Source of the DNA: Opitutia bacterium
GTDB taxonomy: Bacteria > Verrucomicrobiota > Verrucomicrobiia > Opitutales > T3Sed10-336
Reading direction: 5' to 3'
DNA: 64,000 nt
Assembly: GCA_050506795.1 (NCBI GenBank)
Contig: JBJHCF010000001.1
Location: forward strand, 224,001 to 288,000
Shown here: one piece after another, positions 28,242 through 37,300 of the stretch
Layout of the letters: each line of letters begins with the position of its first letter
Position numbering within the stretch: position 1 is the stretch's first letter
Notes under the pieces: model-generated
The model's input: only the letters and a program-made list of their open reading frames with translations
The model's database searches: none
What the model was told of the DNA's origin: nothing
Program-made: the position numbers and the translations under genes

Positions 28242-28546
28242 CGGAATGGAATCAGTTGAAGGTGGAATTCGGTACTTTAGGACGCGTTGCTAAGTGCGTA
28301 CCGTAGCAGGATCTCCGGACACAGATCGTCGAGAAAGGTACACCGCGGTTCGTTTGCCTGACAAACCAAATCGACCGTCCGCCTAAGCCATCCCGGCCAT
28401 CGCGTTTTTTGCCAGGGCCGTGCGTTTCACCGACGCCTATTGCACTGCTTCGACCTGCACTCCAGGCCCGCCGATCGAATTCGGCGACCACTTTGTCTTG
28501 CGAAGGCTTGAGAAGCGTATTGGAGCATCTTATTCGGCGCCAATTT

Positions 28547-29770
28547 CTAGTCGCAGATGTTACCCTCAGCCACAGATCCCTCGGCGTTGGAGATAAGGCA
28601 GTCGACGTTTCCGCGCAAATCGTTGTTAAGGAATCGATTGCTGTGGCTGCGGTCTCCGCGCTCATAAATCGCCGCCCCATCCGATCCTTTGATGCGCACA
28701 TTCTGAATCAGGATGTTGTTGGCAGGTTCGAATTCTTCCTGCCATCGGGAGGAAATGAATATGCCGGCGCCGTTCGAGTCGACAATGGAGCCGCCGTTGA
28801 GCACGAAATCCGGTGTGTTTTCAATCCATATCCCCATGCCTGTGGAGCGGCGGATGTCAACTTCCTCAAATGCGACATCTTTGGTGTGGGATAGGGTGAA
28901 TATCCCGCGACCGCATTCAACGGCAATGAGTTTTCCCACTCGCACATTGGGACCGCAACCATTGGCGGCGCGCAAACCGGCATAACCTCCTCCATGGCAG
29001 GCCCGGTAGGCATCCACGAGGTCAAAGCTGGCGTTGCGCGTCTGATTGAGCTGGAGTCCGCTCCCTCCGGTGTTGCGAGTGGTGATGGTTGTCGCTTTCA
29101 CTCCGTCCGTCCGCCAAAGCTCGACGCCGTGGTGGTTGCTGTCGGCGACAAAGATGTTTTCGAGCGTTAGATTCTTGTTCCAGTCTCCGCTCCAGGGCTC
29201 CTCGCCCCCCTCCGTTCGAATTCCCGAGTGTCCACGTTCCTCCGAATAGATGGGAGCCATCGAAATATGGATGTTCGAAAGAATCGCGTCCTCGAAACCT
29301 TTCAGGAAGATGCCGTATTCCGCGTTGCCGGTAATTCGAAGATTCCGCACTTCGATCTGTTTGGCATCCTGGGCGCGCACCGCGCTCACCTTGGCGTCTC
29401 CCCTCTGTCGCACATGGATCGTGTTGTCCCCGAAGTCGAGAACCGTATAGGACGGCAAATTGATTTTCACGATTCCCTCCGCGGAATCCTCGTCGGTCGC
29501 GATGACTCCGGAATCCCGAATCAGAACGGTTTCCTTTGAAACCCGGTCCGGGGTCAGTCCATCGATCGCCGCCTGAATGGCTGTCCGCATATCCAGACCG
29601 GAATGCACGGTTTCGTCTCCTACGAGAGCTTGCCACTCATCACCGGCCCTAAAGACCTCCGCGGCAAAAGCCGGAGACTCGCCGGCGTTGGTTTCAGTGT
29701 CGGCGCCAAAGCCGGAAATGCTCAGCGCAAGCACGAGAGAAGCTGTACATGCAAGGACGGATTGTTTCAT
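28547..29770 (-). CDS. Secreted right-handed beta-helix protein
   Basis: Signal peptide and repeated beta-helix-like rungs; paralogous to the N-terminal domain of the adjacent gene. Confidence 0.75.
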   Translation of the reverse strand: MKQSVLACTASLVLALSISGFGADTETNAGESPAFAAEVFRAGDEWQALVGDETVHSGLDMRTAIQAAIDGLTPDRVSKETVLIRDSGVIATDEDSAEGIVKINLPSYTVLDFGDNTIHVRQRGDAKVSAVRAQDAKQIEVRNLRITGNAEYGIFLKGFEDAILSNIHISMAPIYSEERGHSGIRTEGGEEPWSGDWNKNLTLENIFVADSNHHGVELWRTDGVKATTITTRNTGGSGLQLNQTRNASFDLVDAYRACHGGGYAGLRAANGCGPNVRVGKLIAVECGRGIFTLSHTKDVAFEEVDIRRSTGMGIWIENTPDFVLNGGSIVDSNGAGIFISSRWQEEFEPANNILIQNVRIKGSDGAAIYERGDRSHSNRFLNNDLRGNVDCLISNAEGSVAEGNICD

Positions 29771-29805
29771 AAGATTAGTTCCTGTGTGTTGTTTGTTAAA
29801 AGCGA

Positions 29806-32610
29806 TTAGAAGGTTTCCGCTCCAATTATCACCCGGAAAAACCTCTTCGGCTCTCCCGAATCAGAGATCTCGAACACCGCCTCCTTCTTCGTCTCGGGCG
29901 CCAAAAATGCGTCGGGCACGTCGCTCCAGTCCGGGTCCGACAGTTCATAAGTCTTTTGCAGTTGGTAGGTATGGCCCGGGTAGGCATGAAATCGGATACG
30001 GACGGTAGCGTCGGAGGCTTTTTCCATGCTCGTCCTCACATCGCCGGCTCGCAAAATACGTCCGTTGTTCTGAAATCCGTCCGGCGGTGTCCATGTGCTT
30101 CTGATCAGGTCAAGGACTCCGTTGTTAACGAAGGGGCCGTCCACATCCAGTTCCGGCGAGCCGTGAATTCGGAGCACCCCGTCATTGGTCAACGATTCTC
30201 CCGCGGCGATGCTCCCGCTTTCGGTCAGCACCAACTCGGCCCCTTCGTCGATGCTCAATTCACGCCCGATCTCCACCGCTCCGGACACCACCAGACGGCC
30301 CTGCTCCACGATCATGGAGCCGTTCCACGCGTTCTCTCCACTCAGTATCCAGGTGCCCGTTCCAGTCTTGATGATCGACATGTTGGTGAAGCTCGACTCC
30401 TCCGTTTCCCGGATATCCCCGGCGAAAACCGCATCGGTATCGAGTCCACCCACGCGGTAGGTGAGCGGCCGGCCGCCGGAGCCGGTCGGGCCGCCCAGCA
30501 ATCGGGATCCCTGCTCTCCGGACAACGCTCCGATCGGCACTGTCGTGCCTCCAGGATTGAGCGTGCCGGTGTAGTAAAGTGACACGCCGGCGGCGAGATC
30601 GACCGCGGTGTCGGGGAATCCCGGAAAGTCATAGTTTCTCGCCATCCGCAAGTGCCCCGATCCTTCCTCTATGGGAAACAATTCAAGCCGACCCTCGAAG
30701 GCGGACCAATCGGCGTGGAGGTCGGTGCGTATCCACGGCACCCGCATGCGTAGCGTGCCGCCGCCGGAGAGCGTGCCGTGAATGGCGCAGCGCGCATCGG
30801 CGTGAAGGACGCCTGTCTCGCCGTCAGGGACTACCAGATGGTAGGTCTGGCTGTTGTGGACCTGGTGACGATCCCACATGGCCAGGGTCCCGCCGCGGAG
30901 TGTGATCTGACCGCTGCCAAAAGAGACGAAGTCCGCCGTGCCCCACGCCTGGGCAAGAGTGCCGCCGGCGACAATGGTTCCGCCGGAATAACTGTTCTCC
31001 CGGTGCATGGTCAGCGTGCCGGGACCGGTCTTGACCAACGTGGCGGCACCGCCGATCTCGCCGGGTCCCTCAAACGCGTAATTCTGCGAAGCATCGACCA
31101 AGACTTCTTCCGGACGAAGCGTCCCTTGAAGCATCACATTCGACACATAACTGCTGTCGTCGAACCGCACTTGCACCCCCTCCGGCCAAAACCAGGCCGG
31201 ACCTTCATCGGTGGCCCAGTTGGGCGTGCTTTGGTCCCAGTGGGCGTTACTCGCTCCCGTCCACGTCAAGGTGCTCCCTTCTGTCCACGGCAGGAGATCC
31301 GCTAGCCACAATCCCGCAAATCTCGAATGCCGAGTCACGCCCAGGTCCGGATTTACGACTTTACAGTAGTAGAATCCCTGGTGACTTGACTGAACACTGC
31401 TTATCGAGAGTGTGGGCCCGGTTCCCACCAGCGTGTCGGAATCCCGGACCGTAAGATCGTTCGAAAAATACCATTCGAGACCGAGGCCTTCCGGATCTAC
31501 GGTGGAAACTTGAAAAACCGCCTCCTCGCCCTGAACGACCACCTGACTGGAGGGATGCGTCACGAACTCATGTGGCGGAGGCTCCTCTTTGATTTCAATG
31601 AAGCTTCCCTCCCCGCCAACCGAATACGGCGCCCCATTGTCCCAGAGATAGCCGCTGAGAACCCGCGTGTCGGGGGTGTCCTCAATCCAGATCCCGAGGC
31701 CTGAACATCCGAATATCTCAACGAAATCCACAGTGGTTCCCTGGCTCCCCGACAAGCTGAAAAAGCCCCTGCCGCACTCTCTGGCAAAAAGCTTTTCCAC
31801 ATGAATATTCGGACCGCTTCCGTTCGCCACTCTCAGTCCGGCGTACCCGCCTCCATAGGCGGCTCTGTAGGCGTCGATTGTTCCGATTCGCGCATTTCGC
31901 ACGCCATTGAGTTGCAGACCGGAACCAGCACTGTATCGCGTCGTAATCCGCTCGATCTCAACGCCATCGATGCCGGATATTTCGACGGCGTGATGCCTGG
32001 CGCCCTCGACAAAGATTTCCCCGGTCATCTTTAAGTTGTAAGTCGGGATACCGTGATCGCTGTGATTATCCACCCGGATTCCCAGCCCCAGGGACCCGCG
32101 GCTCAAGTGCATCCGTATGTTGTGGAGGTGGATATTGGAACCGCCTCGAAACCAGATTCCATATCGGGGTGCCCCGGTCATCCGAACGTTGCGAATCGTG
32201 ATATCTCCTCGCCGGTCTCCATAGATGGGAATAACGTTGGTGGCGCTATGCACGGTATTGCCGTGAAAATCCAGGGTTTGCCCAACGCGGAGCTGCATCC
32301 CCCAGAATACATCGGCCACCCCGGAATCCCTGACGTTTATCGTTCCGGGACCATTTCCCATCCAATTGGCCGCTGCATTCACGGCATGCGTCATGTTGTC
32401 GCCGGTATGGACGCGTGTTCCGTCGACCACTGTCCGCCAGGTGTCGCCTTCGCGAATCACTTCCGCCGTCTGCCCATGGACCTGAGTCTGGGCCAGAAAG
32501 CACAAAAAAGCCAGTAGCGGAATTACACTCTGCAAAACCCTTCGGGAAGCGAAAAACGATGCAACCGACAACATTCCACTAATCCTTTGAAATGCAGGAG
32601 CCAAAGTCAT
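29806..32610 (-). CDS. Secreted multidomain protein: beta-helix, Ig-like domain, autotransporter-associated beta-strand repeats, Verrucomicrobia-type C-terminal domain
   Basis: Beta-helix GGGYAGLRVAN, Ig-like GFYYCKVVN, LVKTGPGTLTMHRENSYSGGT and IKTGTGTWILSGEN repeats, TYQLQ...FFRV tail. Start uncertain. Confidence 0.8.
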   Translation of the reverse strand: MTLAPAFQRISGMLSVASFFASRRVLQSVIPLLAFLCFLAQTQVHGQTAEVIREGDTWRTVVDGTRVHTGDNMTHAVNAAANWMGNGPGTINVRDSGVADVFWGMQLRVGQTLDFHGNTVHSATNVIPIYGDRRGDITIRNVRMTGAPRYGIWFRGGSNIHLHNIRMHLSRGSLGLGIRVDNHSDHGIPTYNLKMTGEIFVEGARHHAVEISGIDGVEIERITTRYSAGSGLQLNGVRNARIGTIDAYRAAYGGGYAGLRVANGSGPNIHVEKLFARECGRGFFSLSGSQGTTVDFVEIFGCSGLGIWIEDTPDTRVLSGYLWDNGAPYSVGGEGSFIEIKEEPPPHEFVTHPSSQVVVQGEEAVFQVSTVDPEGLGLEWYFSNDLTVRDSDTLVGTGPTLSISSVQSSHQGFYYCKVVNPDLGVTRHSRFAGLWLADLLPWTEGSTLTWTGASNAHWDQSTPNWATDEGPAWFWPEGVQVRFDDSSYVSNVMLQGTLRPEEVLVDASQNYAFEGPGEIGGAATLVKTGPGTLTMHRENSYSGGTIVAGGTLAQAWGTADFVSFGSGQITLRGGTLAMWDRHQVHNSQTYHLVVPDGETGVLHADARCAIHGTLSGGGTLRMRVPWIRTDLHADWSAFEGRLELFPIEEGSGHLRMARNYDFPGFPDTAVDLAAGVSLYYTGTLNPGGTTVPIGALSGEQGSRLLGGPTGSGGRPLTYRVGGLDTDAVFAGDIRETEESSFTNMSIIKTGTGTWILSGENAWNGSMIVEQGRLVVSGAVEIGRELSIDEGAELVLTESGSIAAGESLTNDGVLRIHGSPELDVDGPFVNNGVLDLIRSTWTPPDGFQNNGRILRAGDVRTSMEKASDATVRIRFHAYPGHTYQLQKTYELSDPDWSDVPDAFLAPETKKEAVFEISDSGEPKRFFRVIIGAETF

Positions 32611-32707
32611 AAAAAAGTGTCTGTCGATGTTCTTTGAGGAAACTTCTCGTGAGCGAAGCGCATGCCGTAATCGTTTCAAGGTCTCTTCCTGTTGCAAAGC
32701 CTTGAGA

Positions 32708-32724
32708 AATTGGACAGTCCAATT
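32708..32724. promoter_or_regulatory. Candidate operator palindrome between divergent genes
   Basis: Perfect AATTGGAC-a-GTCCAATT. Confidence 0.5.
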
Positions 32725-32828
32725 GACGATCGGCGCCGGTCGTTTACCGGTACCTGATGAGGCCAACACACCGCATGGACAACCGGGCTTGCTCACCGGG
32801 CACCTTTCGGTTTTACTGACAATTCGGC

Positions 32829-33893
32829 ATGACAGGTTCATCACTGCGCGATCTGGCCCGGAGTCTGGGGCTTTCTCCGACCACTGTTTCCAACGCCCTG
32901 CAGAATCGCCCCAACGTGCGTCCCGCCACCCGCGCACGAGTGATCAAGGCCGCAAGGGATACAGGGTATCAGCATAACCCTCTGGCGGGAGCACTGATGT
33001 CGGAGATACGCAAATCGAGGAGCACGACCTTTCGCGGAACAATCGCCATCCTGGATATCGGCGGTCCCGCATCCAGGACGGAAGGTGGAAATCGCTTTCA
33101 TACCGCCATGATCCATGGGGCCGGCGAGAGGGCCGCGGAGATTGGGTTCAGGGCGGAGACATTTTTGGTGGATCGGAAGGAGATGCCCATCAAGCGGTTG
33201 AATCGCATCCTGCGCACCCGGGGGACCAATGGCATTCTTCTCCTTCCATTCGGGATTGAGATCGATCTGAGCGAATTGGACTGGTCCCGCTATTCGGCCG
33301 TTTACATGGATTACATTCTACGGAAACCGCCGATTTCCACCGTGAACTCGGATCATTATCAGTCCATGCATATGCTGCTCGACCAGCTCCGCGCGAGAGG
33401 GTACCGGCGCCCCGGACTGGTCATGGACACGTTGCTCGATCATGGTATCCTTTATCGTTGGCACGCCAGTTTTCTCGGTTATTGCTGGCACAGCCGGGCG
33501 TTTGAAGAATGCCCGCCCCTGCTCGCGTACAGACCCGGCAAGGAGGGGTTTCTTCCCTGGTTTAAAGAGAATCGTCCGGACGTCGTCCTCTGCCACGAAC
33601 CCGTCGCGATGAGCTGGATGGAAGAAGCCGGAGCGAGGATTCCCGAAACCCACGGCTTCTGCTGCCTCAATACTTCGACCAGTCCGATTCCCTGCGCCGG
33701 GCTGGACCTTCAACCCGCCGTGCTCGGGGCCAGCGGAGTGGAGATCATCGTCGCGCAGATACACCGCAACGAGTATGGCCCTCCCCGAACCCCATCAACC
33801 ACTTCGATCATCGGCCGTTGGGAAGAAGGATCAACCCTTAGGGCCGTGCCCGCCCATCCGAAGGAACCCGAAAGTTCCACGTCCGGCGCCTGA
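32829..33893 (+). CDS. LacI-family transcriptional regulator
   Basis: SLRDLARSLGLSPTTVSNAL HTH, GYQHNPLAGALM hinge. Confidence 0.92.
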   Translation: MTGSSLRDLARSLGLSPTTVSNALQNRPNVRPATRARVIKAARDTGYQHNPLAGALMSEIRKSRSTTFRGTIAILDIGGPASRTEGGNRFHTAMIHGAGERAAEIGFRAETFLVDRKEMPIKRLNRILRTRGTNGILLLPFGIEIDLSELDWSRYSAVYMDYILRKPPISTVNSDHYQSMHMLLDQLRARGYRRPGLVMDTLLDHGILYRWHASFLGYCWHSRAFEECPPLLAYRPGKEGFLPWFKENRPDVVLCHEPVAMSWMEEAGARIPETHGFCCLNTSTSPIPCAGLDLQPAVLGASGVEIIVAQIHRNEYGPPRTPSTTSIIGRWEEGSTLRAVPAHPKEPESSTSGA

Positions 33894-34354
33894 GCCGCGG
33901 GAGACGCGTCATCATTTTCCAGCGGAATGATCCGAGGACGTGGCTTACCCATTCCGACGGCGATTATGCGGTGGAAAAGCATTGAACCAATGAACGGGAA
34001 AGAAGGTTTTGCCGCGTCGGCCTGGTTGGCGGAATATGACAACGGTCGAGGGAGTCGTTCTTGATTGGTAAACAACGCTGATCGCCACATTTCCGAATAC
34101 TCGATTACGAAAAGGACAAGGCTGCCGCTATTGCTCTTCGCGTGCGGGTCGGACCGGATGCGTATGGGACAAGCCTACTGTCACGCGTGCAGCAAAGCGG
34201 CGCCACCCGTGCCGATTCTCTGTGGCGACGTGCTGGTTCAACGAATTGAATTGGAGAAGTATTGAGCCGCTGACAGCGGCGGCATCACTTGAACCTCTTG
34301 GACCAAATGATCTCGCAACCACACCCACCTTCACCCTCATCCAGCCCGCGTCTG

Positions 34355-37300
34355 ATGAAGCAGCCGGCTTATCTTTGGCGGAGAATTAAGGCCGCCGGTT
34401 TTTCAGGCCGGCGGCCAGGCAAAACCTGTCTGGCGCTTTTCCTCTTCCTGGCCGTTTCGCTCAGCGTCTCCGCCCAGCATGTGACGCTTCTCAACAACGA
34501 CGGCTTCGGCACCAGTTCGTTCAATTCCACTGGCCACTGGAGCGACGGCCTGGCGCCCGGTCCAGGCAAGAGCTATTTTACGGGCAACCGGCTCCTTCGC
34601 TCTCCCACGACCGCCGGTTCCTTCACCTTTGGCGGAGACTCGCTTACGATCGATCCCGGCGGTCGTCTCATCGGGAAAATCAGCGATGGCGTCCAAACTC
34701 TCACGATTGGCCAACTCATTCTTAACGGCGGAACCCTGGACGAGGCCGGCACCAACGCCGACACGGGCAAACTGATCGTCGCCGGCGCCATAGAGGTCAC
34801 CGCGCCCTCCTTTCTCGGCGCCCTCGGCGCTCCGGCCAACAACAGCGAATTCTTCGAGACGCTCGAAATCACGGCCCCAATCTCCGGTTCCGCCGCGCTC
34901 ACCGTGGCCGGATCCTCCAACGCCGGAACCAACACTGGTGTCGTCGTGCTGAGCGCCGCCAATCCGTACAGCGGGACGATCACAGTCGCCACGCCGGGCA
35001 ACGGTTTCATTGCCAGCGCCACTCATCGCCTGCTCCAGCTCAATCACCGGGAAGCCCTCCGCCACGCGAATCTCAATTTAGCCTCCTCCGCAAACGGCGT
35101 TTCTTTCGCCGCCGACGCCAACACCGGTCCTTTCCATATCGGCGGGCTCTCCGGCAGTTCCAGCCAGAGACTCGCCGATACCGGCGACGGCCCCGTGACA
35201 CTCGAGGTCGGTGGAAATGATCTGGACACCACCTTTACCGGCGCGCTCCACGGCCCGGGCCGCCTGGTGAAAACAGGCGCCGGCACGCTGACTCTCACCG
35301 GAGCGAATACCTTCGAGAGCGACCTCTCCATCCAATCGGGAACGCTTGCGCTGGGAGGAGGATCCCTCGAGGTTCCTTCGATCACGCTTTCGACTGAAGG
35401 AACGCTGGATGTCTCCTCGTCCGCGGCCCCGACTTTGAAGGGCATGCGCCTTGGCGGTGAGGGAGAAATCAAGGGATCTCTCACGCTCGGGGATGCGGCG
35501 GAGCTCCATTTCGGGGGCGATGACCACTCCGGCTCGCTTTCATTCCGCGACGATCTGACCCTGGCAGCGGGCGCGACCGTCCATCTCGATTTCGCTGACG
35601 CGGCAGGGCCGGATCATGAATTCTTTGCGGTTGGCGGCACGCTGTCGCTCGATCAGACCTCTTTCCACCTGCAAGGCGGCGAGGGGTTGACCGAACTCGA
35701 CCCTTCCGTTTCCTATCTATTGGCAACCGCCGATTCTGTAACCGGCCGCCCCAATTCCGACGCCACCTGGGTCGGAGTCCCACCGGCGAACGCAGCCGAC
35801 TTCCGGATCGTCGCCATCGGCGACGAGGTCCGCCTTCAGACCGGCGGGACGCCCCTTTACGCCGCGGCAGCCGCCGTTCCGACGAGTGCTACCCCGGGGC
35901 AACAAATCCTGCTCACCGTCGAGGTCACCCCCGCGACCGAGCCGGACAGCACCGATATTATCGTTGTCGCCGATCTGAGTCCTATCGGGGGTTCCTCGGC
36001 TCAAGAATTTCACAGCGATGGCACTCACGGCGACAACGTCGACGGAGATTATCGCTTTTCCTTTCTGGCCACTCTCGACGCTGACATTTCCCTTGGTCCC
36101 ATCGAACTGATTATCCTCGCCAGTGACGCTGAGGAGCGAAGTGTTTCCACATCCCTTACGTTTTCGGTTGTCCCTGCCGTCACGGAGAAATACATGGCCG
36201 CGCCCTTCCTGGAGGTATCCGAGATTGCGTTACCCGGCTGGTTTTCGGTAGCGGCAAGCGACCAGGCGGCCTCGATTCATTATGACGCGGACGATGCCGC
36301 GGTCGTACGCATTGCCGCCGAAGCCCTGCGCGATGACATCGAACGGGTGACCGGGTTCATTTCTGATGTTTCCACCGGCGCTCCCGTCGCCGGTTCTCAG
36401 CCGATCCTCGTTGGCACACTCGGTCAGAGCTCCCTGATCGATGACCTGGTGGCGAACGAAAAATTGGATGTGAGTCTCATCGAAGGAGAATGGGAAGCCT
36501 ACACGGCGGCCGTTATAACCGATCCGTTGCCCGGAATTGAGCGCGCTTTGGTCATTGCGGGGAGCGATCGCCGAGGAACCGCCTTCGGCGTTTTCGGTCT
36601 CTCAGAAGCCATGGGAGTCTCGCCATGGTATTGGTGGGGCGATGTGCCGACACCGCAAAAAGCGGCGGTACACGTAGAGAGCGGTGTTTACGTCCAGCCC
36701 ACTCCGGGCGTCCAGTATCGTGGCATTTTCCTCAATGACGAGGACTGGGGACTGCAGCCGTGGGCGGCCAACACTTTCGAGCCGGAAATCGGTAGTATCG
36801 GGCCCGGAACGTATGCCACCATCTTCGAACTCCTGCTCCGGCTCCATGCCAATGTGATTTGGCCGGCCATGCACGAATGGCCGGTGCAGACCACTCCGTT
36901 CTACCTGATTCCAGAAAACAAAGTCGTGGCCGACGACTACGCCATCGTCATCAGCACCTCCCATCACGAACCGATGCTCCGCAACAGTCACGAGTATGAT
37001 GAAAGTGTCCTTGGGCCCTACAACTATTGGACCAACCGCACCAACATCTACAACTTTTGGGAAGAGCGGGTGATCGAGACTGCCGGCTACGAGAACATCT
37101 ACACGGTGGGCATGCGCGGGCGCACGGATGCCGGCATGCTCGCGCCGCCGGGTACGACCGATGCGGAAAAGGCGGAAAAGATTCAAAACGAGATCATCCC
37201 GGATCAGCGACAGATGCTCGCCGACCATGTGAACCCCGACCCCTCTCAGGTCCCGCAGATTTTCATCCCCTACAAGGAGACACTCGTTCAATACCAGTCC

